This document shows, in pieces, positions 27,368 through 40,949 of a stretch of DNA of 64,000 nucleotides. The notes beneath the pieces were generated by a model. That model saw nothing but the letters and a program-made list of their open reading frames with translations. It ran no database searches and had not been told where the DNA came from. Position numbers and translations under genes: made by a program. The stretch is from contig OX597823.1 in assembly GCA_951406725.2 (NCBI GenBank), positions 110,112,001 through 110,176,000 of the forward strand, written 5' to 3'. Within the stretch, counting starts at the first letter, position 1. Each line of letters starts with the position of its first letter. Origin of the DNA: Octopus vulgaris. Its lineage: Eukaryota.

Positions 27368-27652
27368 ACAGAGTGAGATGAAAGAATCCAAGGCTGTGAA
27401 AGATTTCAAAACATTTATAAAGAGAAGGTCTTACAGCTATTTTGGGGATATTTTATATATCCCTTCACATGAGAGACAGTGCGAGAAAATGGATAAGTAA
27501 TAGTTATTATTATAGAGAAGATATGAAATACAGAGTGAAGTGGAGGAATGAAGACGCGAGATACGTAAGGATGTCCCGGAAACTGCTCTAAGACCGTCAC
27601 TTTATAAACGTTCTGAAATCTTTCACAGTCTTGGATTTTTATCTCATTCTGT
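27368..27652. repeat. Imperfect inverted repeat (~93-bp arms, ~100-bp spacer)
   Basis: 27368-27461 matches the reverse complement of 27560-27652, e.g. aatccaaggctgtgaaagatttcaaaacatttataaa vs aatccaagactgtgaaagatttcagaacgtttataaa. Confidence 0.85.
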
Positions 27653-27790
27653 TAATGTCTTATATATATATACATGCATGCTAATATATGACCTACGGTG
27701 GACTCCCCGTTCGCATAATCACCGAACCTGGAGCTTAGCACTTACTCAGCATTACCTTTGGGTCTTCTTGACAACATTACCTCTCGTAAC

Positions 27791-27877
<87 letters not shown>

Positions 27878-28085
27878 GTGAGAGAGAGAATTACTTGAGA
27901 GAGATTTTGGCGTACAATTAACAATAGTTGTTTATAGGACTTGATTCTGTGGACAGTTAAAACGAGTAAATAGTATTACCAAAGAACTGAATTTCATCCC
28001 GTTCTCTTTTACTCTGTATATAAAACAGAAGTGTAAATATTTGTCCAAATGTACGTTGCTGATTAAAATTTTATTCATATAATCT

Positions 28086-28492
28086 GCAGGAGTGGCTGTG
28101 TGGTAAGTAGCTTGCTAACCAACCACATGGTTCCGGGTTCAGTCCCACTGCGTGGTATCTTGGGCAAGTGTCTTCTGCTATAGCCTCGGGCCGACCAATG
28201 CCTTGTGAGTGGATTTGGTAGACGGAAACTGAAAGAAGCCTATCGTATATATGTATAGATATATAAGTGTGTGTGTATATGTTTGTGTGTCTGTGTTTGT
28301 CCCCCCACCATCGCTTGACAACCGATGCTGGTGTGTTTACGTCCCCGTCACTTAGCGGTTCGGCAAAAGAGACCGATAGAATAAGTACTGGGCTTACAAA
28401 GAATAAGGCCCGGGGTCGATTTGCTCGATTAAAGGCGGTGCTCCAGCATGGCCGCAGTCAAATGACTGAAACAAGTAAAAGAGTAAAAGAGT
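28086..28492 (+). mobile_element. tRNA-derived CORE-like SINE, family C, full length
   Basis: Head tggctgtgtggtaag...gggttcagtccc, CORE-like cttgggcaagtgtctt, internal (TA/GT) tract, LINE-like tail and (AAAAGAGT) repeats. Confidence 0.88.
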
Positions 28493-28778
28493 ATATCCCT
28501 TTCGAAAAGAACTTAGCTAACCTAGCTGCTGCTTGCTGTTTTACGGTTCCCGATATATTGGTATAAATAATGAAGAGCAATAAGCAAAATTTATATCGTT
28601 TATTTTCACGGGAGCTGGCTAGTTTGACGCAACGTTTAAATGAGATAACTGATGCGGACCAAATATTGTTTTCTGGAGATCAGTGTTGACAGATAACAGA
28701 GCACAGCTTGAGGAAAAGAAGAAAACAAACGTAAAACAATATGAAACTGCTTGTTCCTTTGTTAGTAAATCATTATAT

Positions 28779-29079
28779 ACATCGTGACGTATATTTGCCA
28801 TCTAAATATGGCTAACCCCTAAGGGTGGATGCTACTGTAGTTTGTAGCCCCAAGAGGACACCTCCTCCAGCTGGCTATAGACACAGTTTCTGTGCCCTAT
28901 CAGTATTTGCAAAGGTAAGCCATCCTTCCTGTCTTCAACTTCCCTTTGCAAATACTGATAGGGCACAGACAGTGTGTCTATAGCCAGCTGGAGGAGGTGT
29001 CCTCCTGGGGCTACAAACTACAGTAGCATCCACTCTTAGGGGTTAGCCATATTTAAATGGCAAATATACGTCACGATGT
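28779..29079. repeat. Near-perfect long inverted repeat (137-bp arms, ~27-nt loop)
   Basis: 28779-28915 is the reverse complement of 28943-29079, with about 5 mismatches by eye. Confidence 0.95.
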
Positions 29080-29419
29080 GTTGTAGCTACTGTTTATAAC
29101 TCGCTCTAAGATTTCTTATTGCATTAAATACACTTCTAGATTAAAATTTCTTGGAGTATGATTTGCATGAGAGATTACGAAAATGTCTTATAAAATACGG
29201 TAACTAAAACACGAACGTCTCAGATATCTGTGTTTGGATGATATTTTTAGCTGGCTCAAATGACTTCAGTAAATATTAAGCATACATTTGTGTATGTAAA
29301 TATATCACTTTCATGCTGAAAATATTAAAGGATACTATTTTGATGACCCATCCTTAGATACCTGGATATACCACAAACATTTGGGAAAACTGTGACGTAC
29401 ACAACTGTGTAAGTAGGCA

Positions 29420-29620
29420 AGGCAGTGAGCTGGCAGAAACGTTGGCATGCCGGGCGAAATGCTTAGCCGTATTTCGTCTGTCTTTACGTTCTGAGTTCAA
29501 ATTCCACCGAGGTCGACTTTGCCTTTAATCCTTTCGGGGTCGATAAATTAAGTACTAGTTGCGTACTGGGGTCGATCTAATCGTCTTGCTCCCTCCCCCT
29601 AAATTTCGGGCCTTGTGCCT
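29420..29620 (+). mobile_element. SINE family A
   Basis: ggcagtgagctggcagaaacg...gagttcaaattcc...ggggtcgataaattaagtac. Confidence 0.88.
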
Positions 29621-30307
29621 AGAATAGAAAAGAACTGTGTATGTAGGCATGCGTATGCATAAGTGCACGCGTATATGAATGTGTGTGTCTATTTATATAT
29701 ATATATATATCCCGTGTATATTTGTATTCGTTCCATCCATGATTATAATCTTCTTCATTTTCGTTATACTTTCTTTGGCATTTATTCGAAGTAATTTGAT
29801 GTATAAATGAGAATGAACTACAAATGCAGAATGTGGAGCAACTATTTGTAACGAACAATTAGGAAACCAACAAAACTCAACTAAATTATGGTAAACTATT
29901 CTATGACTCGAAAATCATTGACTTAGAAACTCTAATTAACTTTTATCTTTTTTATATATTTTCCTTTTTTAAAATATCTTGTTTACGTTTTGTATGAGTG
30001 CATATGCATAAGTGTATTTCCCTTTTATGGTAATGCTAACAATTCTTGGTCACTGGTGTATTTTTCGTGCTTTATCTACCTTCCCTTTTGTTATTTATAT
30101 CTGCGTATATTTTGTTTTCTCTCTGAGTATATAGTACCGTCATACAGGAATGTGTATATATTGAATATTGTTATAAAAGGATGATCTAGAAGGAAAATGG
30201 AGCATTTGTTTTATACGTGAGTGTATGCGCGCGTTTGTGTAAGTCAGTATGTGTGTTTAAATGTGTATGTGCATATATATATGTATATATATATACATAT
30301 ATATATT

Positions 30308-30357
<50 letters not shown>

Positions 30358-30375
30358 TATAAATATATACATATG

Positions 30376-30407
<32 letters not shown>

Positions 30408-30414
30408 CATACAA

Positions 30415-30458
<44 letters not shown>

Positions 30459-30884
30459 TATATGCACAAATGTATGGATATACATATATTATGTACACAA
30501 AGCGAGAGTGAAACAGTAGAAAAAAACAACAAATGTACAAACTCACATGATGGACGATTCTCACCAAGAGAGAAAGGAAAAAAAAACAGATGCTAATATC
30601 TGAATCACATATTGTTGGTGTAGAAGTAAATTTTGAATAATTTCGCTACACTTCAATACTGAGGAAGCAATTGCGGCAATTGACAATGAGGCAGGTGAAA
30701 GTAAGAATATTAGTTAGGGAGATAAAAGGACATGAATATGTAAGGGGTAGGGAGCGAGGTAGCGAGAATTGCTGTCTCGATAATAAATATTGACCGTTTA
30801 TGTGAATGCTATGATGGTGATGATCACTTCTTTCTTTTATCGCTAATGTTAGTATTATATTTTGTTGGTGGAAAATAATAGAAC

Positions 30885-31090
<206 letters not shown>

Positions 31091-31349
31091 GAAAAAGAGA
31101 AACGTAGTGGTAGACTCATTTTTAATTGTGTTGGTTATGATGTTCATGTGAATAATGATGACTCACACATTACTAATACTCAACTTCATTGTCGTTGCTG
31201 CACTTGTTATTCTGTTGTGCTCATGTTGCTCTTGTTGTTTCTGTTATACTTAAGCCAGTGTCAAATCTCACCGCGCGAGTTTACGTGACCATCTTCCACA
31301 TTTAAATGAAATACATAGAACTATGTTATAAACTCTTTCATTGCCATGT

Positions 31350-31736
31350 GGATGGAAGCACTCCGTCGGTTACGACGACGAGGGTTCCAGTTGATCCGAA
31401 TCAACGGAACAGCCTGCTCCTGGAATTAACCTTGTCAGTGGCTGAGCACTCCACAGACACGTGTACCCTTAACGTAGTTCTCGGGGATATTCAGCGTGAC
31501 ACAGAGAGTGACAAGGCCGGCCCGTTGAATTACAGGTACAACAGAAACAGGAAGTAAGAGTGAGAGAAAGTTGTGGTGAAAGAGTACAGCAGGGATCACC
31601 ACCATCCCCTGCCGGAGCCTCGTGGAGCTTTAGGTGTTTTCGCTCAATAAACACTCACAACGCCCGGTCTTGGAATCGAAACCGCGATCCTATGACCGCG
31701 AGTCCGCTGCTCTAACCACTGGGCCATTGCGCCTCC
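31350..31736 (-). mobile_element. SINE family B, full length
   Basis: Reverse-complement copy of 18480-18866. TSD tcattgccatgt at 31338-31349 and 31739-31750. Confidence 0.92.
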
Positions 31737-32452
31737 TCTCATTGCCATGTATCTAATGAAAGACACTATCGTGATTTCAATCAGTTTTTAAATGAGGAAA
31801 AACTTAGTAAAACGACTTCGTTATTATTAATCTGGCTTTTTTATTACATGGAATTTGGTGGGAAGGTTTTATTTTTAGATCGGAGAGGCGATTTAAGACA
31901 GGTTAGTGTCATTAAAATGTCCTCCTCATTCTGCCCGTATACATTCCAACACACTTTTCAGGATTTGTCCCTTCTTCCCTCTCTGCCCCTCTAGACACAC
32001 CCACACGCACTCATGCACACACACATACATACACACATATCTGCGTGTCCATATATATGTATGTCTATGTGTATATTTATACTTACACACACGCAAATGT
32101 ATGCACACACGCACACATACACACAAACATATATATCTCCTTGTATTACACGCACCTTGACGTCATGGTGCCGAAGAACTCAATGAGATAAAATCTGTTC
32201 GTAGAACCGTAGTGTTGTAACGTTGAAAACACAATATATAAACACAATGCAGTGATTCGCTCAATTGAAGGAAGGCACAGCGTGTTCTCCAGAGCCAACA
32301 TCGATGTTTGTCTCACTCCGATATATATTGTACTTTTAGCACAAGTCTATGAAATGATTTATCTCAGAGAACTCCACATCATCATGCCTTCTAATTGTAT
32401 ATGTATATAATGAGTGATACATATATCTCTCTTTCTCTCTCTCTCTCTCTTT

Positions 32453-32519
<67 letters not shown>

Positions 32520-33780
32520 GTTGAATAAAGTTACAACATGGCAAGTAATATTGCTGCGCCCGGCAAACCATGATGGTTACACTGCATGCTGAACCATTTT
32601 TGAAAACTTCAGCTTGTCGGAGCCTTCTAAAATGTAAAAAAAGGACAGAAGTCATTTCAGTACAGTTGTCAAGAACTCAGCTGTCAGTTACATACATTTT
32701 GAAATCTGATGATTACTACGAACGTATGAAAGTGCTAATTGAACATTACAAAAAATATATATTTTTTCAATTTTTAACATACTTTAATATCGTAAAAAAC
32801 AAAATTTTTAATACGATAATAAAAACGTGAAAAACAGACCATGTTCTAACATTATTCTATACACATTTACACAAATTCGGAAAATATATAGGAAGTTAGC
32901 TCTTATTTCTAAACAAATTGATGCTTTCTCGCATCCTTATGCTCTGTGCTTATTTTAAATTTCATACCTATATAATGCTGTTAAACCTGTGAAGCGCCTA
33001 TGGTACTGCTGTTAATATTACCATTTAAAATATTCACCAAAAGATGATATTAACAATAATAACATCTTACTTCGAATGTAAACATTTGAATATTTTGCTC
33101 GTATATATATTTACATGTGTGTCTGTGTGTGTGTGTGGAGAGAGAAAGAGAGACAGACAGAGAGACAGAGACAGAAAAAGAGAGAAAAAGAAAAGAGAGA
33201 GTAAGAGAGAGAAAAGAAATTGATTTGAATTTGGTATCCTTTATTTCATTTAATACATGCGTTTCAGAGTTCAGCGATACATGATGTCCCACTAAAAATG
33301 CAAACCTAACATGAACCTCATAATTCAGCCTCCGTAATCTATCCGATGGGTGTTTAATTCGATTAAAAACGAGAGGCGAAAACTAAACGGTAAAATTGTT
33401 GTGTACTAAGCGCATTCTTTTCTACTAATATATGTGTGTGTAATTGTGTGTGTGTGTGTGTGTGTGCGTATGTGTGTGTGTTTGAGTTTTTTTGTGTGTC
33501 GCTGCTGTGTCGTGTGAAAGATACAGCAAGATTCTCTTATTGTTTCCAGTTCCCCCGAAGAGACCATTTTCATCCATTCGCAGAGGCAAAACTATGTATG
33601 GTTAGTTACATTGTGGTAACTGTATAATGCATGATGATGATGGAGGCTAAATTAATAAATGTATAATTATTCTTATTTAACTCATTAGAATATGATATGA
33701 GAAACAATTACATGTTATTGCCAGCTTGTGATAGTATGAGGTAGAATTCCTCACCGTTGCTCTTGGCAATATTATTCATA

Positions 33781-33995
33781 AGGAGGCGAGCTGGCAGAAT
33801 CGTTCGCGCTCCGGTCAAAATGCTTTTCGGCATTTCGTCTGACTCTACGTTCTGAGTTCAAATTCCGCCGTGCCCGACTTTGCCTTACAACCTATCGAAG
33901 TTGATAAAATAATTATTAGCTGTGCACCGGGCTCAGTGTAATCGATTTACCCTACCACCGACGTTGCTGGTTTTGTGCTAAAACATGAAATCAGT
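33781..33995 (+). mobile_element. SINE family A, diverged
   Basis: aggaggcgagctggcagaatcgtt...gagttcaaattccgcc. Confidence 0.8.
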
Positions 33996-34683
33996 AATTT
34001 ATTTTTCTTAAAGCTGTAATCGTTGCAAATTTTTGACGTAGGTTTTGTGTTGTTGTTATTTCTGTTCAGCAGCAACTCATATACTTTCCAACTATTGTCC
34101 TCCAGACTCGTTTTCAGGCAATGTTGCAACTTGGCTAACGTTGTTCAAAGACTAATTTGTAAACGGTTGTATAACTTGATGGAAACATTGCGAGATCTTT
34201 CGAGCCCACTCGTATCTTTATATAGAATTTCTTGATGGATATCTTTCTCTCTCTCCCTCCCTCTATCCCCTTTCTCTCTCTCTCCTATCCCCTCCCCACA
34301 CACTCTCTCTCTCTCTCTCAATCTCTTTCTCTGTTTAGTGTATAACTGGTGATTATTGTTGATTTTCGGATACTACTTTTGTTAGTCTTTCGTGATGTAA
34401 CTTCAGTACGATATGGTTTACAATATCGTTGTTCCTATTGTTTAGTGACAGAGAAGCATGGTTTGTACGCGAAATTGGTCAATGCAGCAATTAGCTGTGA
34501 TAGTTATGACGTCGTTTCTGTAGCCAATTTAGCTCTAGGTTATGTTAGTTAATAACACGTTGACACCGCTCTTTGAGTTACAAATAACATTGGCAGCAGT
34601 CAATTTTTCAGATTGCCATGGTACTTCGAATGGTGGGCCATCTCTTTCACTCTACCCTTTTACTTTTTTTTACAAGTGATTTT

Positions 34684-34910
34684 GGGGGACAAGCACAGAC
34701 ACACAAACACGCCCACATACACACATATATATATACATGCATATATTCGACGGGCTTATTTCAGTTTCCGTCTTCCAAATCCACTCACAAGGCTTTGGTC
34801 GGCCCGAGGCTATAGTAGAAGACACTTGCCCAAGGTGCCACGCAGTGGGACTGAACCCGGGACCACGTGGTTCGTAAGCAAGCTAATTACCACACAGCCA
34901 TTCCAGCGCC
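34684..34910 (-). mobile_element. SINE family C, 3'-truncated
   Basis: Reverse complement matches 28086-28310. Confidence 0.85.
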
Positions 34911-36624
34911 TATACTGGAGAAGCTGCTAATCTAAACATATGAAACACCCCCAGGAAATTATCAGGGTTCCTTGAACTGGAATTGAAATATGGAAGTTTT
35001 AACTGGACAACTACATCATTACGATCATGACGATGTCGATGACAACGATAGCGACAGCATCAAAAACGATGACAACGTCAGTGACAACAAAGCTGGCGAA
35101 TTTACTTATAGCATATTTGCTTGGGAGAAAAAATTGCGTGAGTTTAGATGTTATGTTGCTTTTGGTTCTGAGTGTATATTTTATCAATATGGCTGACATC
35201 TGAAGCCAGATGTATCTCATATAGGAAATACTTAGCTCAAAATTACTACTGCTAACAATATATATGACGGAAGTATAATGGGGTTATTGCAGTGCTTGCC
35301 ATGGATCAAACTGACTTCACGCCAAATGGTCTTACTATCATTCAATTTTTACTTAATCTAAATTCTTTTTTTCTTTTAATTATATGTAACCAATCACTTA
35401 ATGTCACTTTTTAAATACATTTATTAGGCTTTAATAATACTCAATTAAGTTTTGGGCTCACTACACAAGAATTAGATATAATCATTCAGCTATTTGTTTT
35501 TCATGCTATGTTGTCTCTGGGTTAAATTCCTCAACTCTCAACTTTTCATGATATTGTAAGACTATACTCTCTCCAAGAACAGATGAACAGATACAATGAC
35601 AGGTGAATTGCTACCATCTACAACTAATTATTTACGTAGATTTATTTCATTTCTTTGTATTATAGCTAACTGGTTTTTGTTTATATTCTATATTTATATA
35701 TTGCTGTTTATTGCATAGAAATACAACAGACACTTGAAACAGTTTTGAACTTATGAACTCAATGGTTTTCCTTCTATGAAAATGATATTCAGCAAATTTT
35801 TTACATCGTGCATTTTCCTTTTGTGAAAGAGGGTTGAAGGATAGGTCTCTGTACGTAAGGATTTATGTATGTGTATAAATGTATGTATTTGTGCATGCCC
35901 GTGTGTTTTTGTATTTACAGATCCCTATCTATTTCTCCTTGTTCTTCCTTAAGCTAAGTGCTTTAATTGTATAGTAGAGAAGACCATTTTCTGAGAATAA
36001 AATACATTTACAAAAGCAGCAAGATTGAGAGCATTCATCAAATTGTATTTATTAAAAAAAAATTCGAGGTGTATTTAAAGCTGATTCTGTCAAGTATATT
36101 TGTCATATAACTCATCCAAATCAAATAAATAAGTTTTCTTTTTATTTCACTAAAGCGAAAAATGAATGTGTATGTGTGTATGTATGTATGTATGTATGTA
36201 TATATGTATATAGATGTGTGTGAATGTATGTATTATGTATACACACATGCATGATATATATATGTATATATATATATACATATATTACATATAAAGTGAA
36301 ACAGAATAGAAATAGATATTAAAAAATAATTAAATAAATCTGACAAGAATAGAGACGAAAAGTAGATATCATGTCATCGTATTGACTTGTATACCTATTT
36401 ATTGATATATTTATTTTTGTATGGATTGGGGGAGCTTCTGAATTGAGAGTTTTACCAATTTTCGTTTTAGCAAGAATTTTTTTCTCTTTTTTTTTGCGGT
36501 AAACTCGTGTCTTGTCAAGTAATAATCCATTAAACATATCACTATAGATAGAGTGAGCGAGATTAACCTTGCAAGGATTCGTTATTAATATTATCATAAT
36601 GATATTATCGTTGCTATTATAAAA

Positions 36625-36625
36625 G

Positions 36626-36661
<36 letters not shown>

Positions 36662-36822
36662 CCATCATCATCATCTTCATCATTATCATCATCGTCATAT
36701 TCATCATTATCATCATCATCATCACCACCATGTTCTTCTTGTTCTTGTTCTTCTTCTTGTTGTTCTCCTTCTTCTTCTTCTTCCTCTTCCTCTTCTTCTT
36801 CTTCTTCTTCTTCTTCTTCTTC
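36625..36822. repeat. (ATC)n/(TTC)n microsatellite
   Basis: Read directly. Source of the poly-E/D/K ORFs. Confidence 0.95.
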
Positions 36823-37176
36823 ATTATTGTTATTTATCATCGACCTTATTCTTGTTTATGTGTTATTATGCTTGTTATTATCATTTATTTCCGAATTTTA
36901 TTATTAATTGATAAATATGTGTTGTGCGTGTGTGTGGTGTGTGTGTGTATGAATATATATGAGTGTATGTGCATGTTTGAGTGCGTTTGAGTTTGTGTGT
37001 ATGTGTGTGTGCGCGCTCGGATACATGTGTGCGTGTGTGTGTTTTCATTTTATTGCAATTATAATTTGTTTGTTCGTTCTGATAGATTGTGGAACGATAA
37101 TACAAAGAAGTAATGAAAAATATATGCCTGAAGTTAATGTGTGTGTGTGTATGTATATATATATATATATATATAT

Positions 37177-37558
37177 GGAAGCACACCGTCAGTTACGACG
37201 ATGAGGGTTCCGGTTGATCCGAATCAACGGAACAGCCTGCTCGTGAAATTAACGTGTAAGTAGCTGAGCACTCCACAGACACGTGCACCCTTAACGTAGT
37301 TCTCGGGGATATTCAGCGTGACACAGAGAGTGACAAGGCCGGCCCTTGAAATACAGGTATAACAGAAACAGGAAGTAAGATTGAGAGAAAGTTGTGGTGA
37401 AAGAGTACAGCAGAGATCACCACCATCCCCTGCCGGAGCCTCGTGGAGCTTTTAGGTGTTTTCGCTCAATAAACACTCACAACGCCCGGTCTGGGAATCG
37501 AAACCGCGATCCTATGACCGCGAGTCCGCTGCCCTAACCACTGTACCATTGCGCCTCC
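37177..37558 (-). mobile_element. SINE family B, full length, inserted in (TA)n
   Basis: Near-identical to 31350-31736. Confidence 0.92.
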
Positions 37559-37669
37559 ACACATATATATATAAAATTAAGGCCGAATGATGCATATAGC
37601 TGCTATTATGGAGATTTGCGTATTGTAGTGATCAATATATTAGTGGTTGATATTACTCCGAGTAAAATT

Positions 37670-37785
37670 ATTAGCGGCATTCCGTCTGCCTTTACGTTCT
37701 GAATTCAAAATCCACCGAGGTTGACTTTGCCTTTCTTCATTTTAGGATCAATAAATTAAGTACCAATTGGACACTTGGGACAATG
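37670..37785 (+). mobile_element. SINE family A internal fragment
   Basis: ttagcggcattccgtctgcctttacgttctgaattcaaaatccaccgaggttgactttgcc. Confidence 0.75.
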
Positions 37786-38122
37786 CTTCTTTCAAAATAT
37801 ATATTTGTAAATATTAGTTAACTGCATGCCCTTTGGAAAACAAATTTTTCCGTAAAAACAATGTATAAAAATACTCTCTAAGGAAAAAGTTATCAACAAC
37901 CACTTTGAACTTATAATGAGATGCAACCATACGCTTTGCAAAACTTTCAGAAAATGCAGGCGGAAGTATTTGATGGAGATTGATTATTTATTCTAATCAA
38001 TATCTGATACTCATCCCATAAACTGGCTTAAAGTTAGTACACAAGAATATCTATCGGGTATATATATCTATATATCTATATCGATCTATCTATCTATCTA
38101 TCTATCTATCTATATATATATA

Positions 38123-38159
<37 letters not shown>

Positions 38160-38167
38160 CTCGCTCT

Positions 38168-38270
<103 letters not shown>

Positions 38271-38923
38271 TAATGTTTGAAACATAGTACAGTCTGTCGT
38301 ATTAAACTATAATTAAAAAGGCATAAAATTTCATCTAGCCACATGATTTATAAAATTTCTGGACACGGAGAACGACTCTATCTACTTACTTCTCTTGTTT
38401 TATATTTATGCTCTCCTCCATTCCTCATCATATGTATTGATGTATTGATTGGGGATTTAAATCGTGGATCAATCAGTTTTTTTTGTTTTTTTTTTCTTGG
38501 TTTACTTGTGATATGTAAATGTCTTCTTATAAATACCTCTACATGCTATATGAATACGTTACCGATGATAAAAGATTAACACAGCATCCTGGTGAGGTGA
38601 CGTTCGATTTTATCGATGTAATGATAAATCTTGATTATATAGTTGCAAACGTAATATAATAATGAAACAATACTCCTGCGTTCGAACGCCTGTTCAAAAA
38701 TTGCACATTTACGTAATAAAACAATTCGCTCAGTCCGTTGTCATTCTTAACAATTATATTAGTCCTACCGGTATTTTGGAGTTTCGGAAATATGAAATGT
38801 AAAAAATTCACATCTTATTTATAGTCATTTTCAATAGTTTGCACATATTGATGAACTTAGAAGAGTAAAGTGCTTTTGCCCCCGGATAAAATTGCTATCA
38901 TATATATCTGATGGATTCGGCTT

Positions 38924-39530
38924 TAATATTCTTTTACGTTAACATGGCTGACAGGTCAGTTTTAGCTTCTCTACTATTATAATGTAAACCTTTTTGAACT
39001 CATAATATTATCTATTAGGAAATAGATAATATTCTTTTACGTTAACATGGTGGACAGGTCAGTTTGAGCTTCCCTGCTATTATAATGTAAACCTTTTTGA
39101 ACTCATAATATTCTGTGCGTGTATACCAATATTCCACTGAACTTTTTAATAATTCATTCTGGAAATTATCTTGAGAATGTATAATATATTTGTTGTAATC
39201 TTTTGTGCCCAATATTTCAATGAACTTGTTAAACTTTTTTTATGTTCTTAACATGCTCTTGTCACCAAAGACTGTATATATATGTATTGTAGTACTCTGT
39301 GTCAACCAATATTCTGTGCGTGTTTGAATATACAGATACAATACCAATATCCCACTGAACTTTTTAATAATTCCTTCTGGAAACTATCTTTAACATGTTC
39401 TAGAGAATGATTATGCTGTAATCTTTTGTGCCCAATATTTTAAGGAACTTGTTAAACTTTTTTATGTCCTTAACATGTCCTTGTTACCAAAGACTGTATA
39501 TATGTAATGTAGCATTTTGTAACAACCAAT
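38924..39530. repeat. Two adjacent imperfect tandem duplications (~85-bp and ~200-bp units)
   Basis: 38924-39008 resembles 39027-39111, and 39108-39310 resembles 39308-39530. Confidence 0.85.
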
Positions 39531-39672
39531 AATTAACGCAACCAAATTTCTACATGTTACTTTTGACAATCTTTTTCCAAAGAGTGAAACCGGTAAAGTA
39601 AATAAACATCTTCTAAAATTGCATTTTCCAACCTTCTTTCGTATATATATATAGATATATATATATATATAT

Positions 39673-39749
<77 letters not shown>

Positions 39750-40949
39750 GATAGAGATAGAGATATATACATATATACATATATGTAGACATATATACTA
39801 AATTACGCACATTTATCTCAGTGTCACTTCTTTGTTTGATTACTTGATGCATGTATTAGCTGACAAAGCTCTTTACTAGTTAGAAATTAGTTGGTACTAT
39901 GTCTTAAGTCCATGTGAAATAAATATAAGGGAAGTATATATTTTGCATACATAATAATAGAGAAAATATTCATTTAGAGAGTTCAGAGTGTTAAGGTAAA
40001 CGTCCGAGGCATTGGTTTTATGTTTCAATGAATGTGTGCGTAATTATGAATGTTCACGTGATATAAGTAAAAAACCCATATATTTATACATAAATCCACC
40101 TTTACAGATGCACACATACATAGGTATCAGGACACATAACTAACTATATTGATAGAGACAATGCTAGATAAATAGTTACATAGATAGAAAGATAAACCTA
40201 TCGAGAAGTATAGATATTGATGTATATAATTATGATTGTAAGCCTTTTTATATTATTTATATATGTAAACGTATACACGACTATCTGCTTCACAATATGT
40301 ATATGTGTGTGTGTGTGTGTGCGTGCGTGTGTGTTGTATTATTGCGTATATAAGTGTGTATGTGAGTATTTGTATATTTATGTATACATACGCACATACA
40401 TGCATGGGTATATATTTGTGTGCTTCTGTGTGTCCACGCGTTTTTGCGGTGTGCGTGCGTATGTGTGTACTTATGATCTATATGTGTTTATATGTTTTTG
40501 CTTTCATATGATTATGTGGGGAATCATCTGCAATATTTAGAACCTGATATCGCTCTGACATTATAACACATCAATCTATGAAATATTATCTTTCCCCAAT
40601 CAACTCTATTTTCAAAGATAATGTTTTATTGTTTTCTCTTTCTGTCGGCGTCGTCGTTGCTGGAATCTGTGTGAAGCTCAATGAATTTGTTTCATTTATT
40701 CCAACCTTTCCCACTGAATAATTTGATCATCTTTAATTCTTTCATTTAAAATCTTATTTGTATTGTTGATATTGTTGTTGTTGGTGCTGGCAAAAAGCCA
40801 GAGAAGCTTTGAAGGAGAAAAATAGAAGTTTGATTATCACCTCAACATAGAAAGAGTATTTCTTCTGCGATCGATCAAACATCTACGTGATCACTCAAGA
40901 TGCTAGACATAGCAGCCAGATTTCATTTAAAGATACTTCGGATTATGAA

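Noticed and set aside
36319-36840. Acidic 173-aa ORF (also 52311..52910)
   Set aside because: It is a (GAA)n/(GAT)n microsatellite translation.
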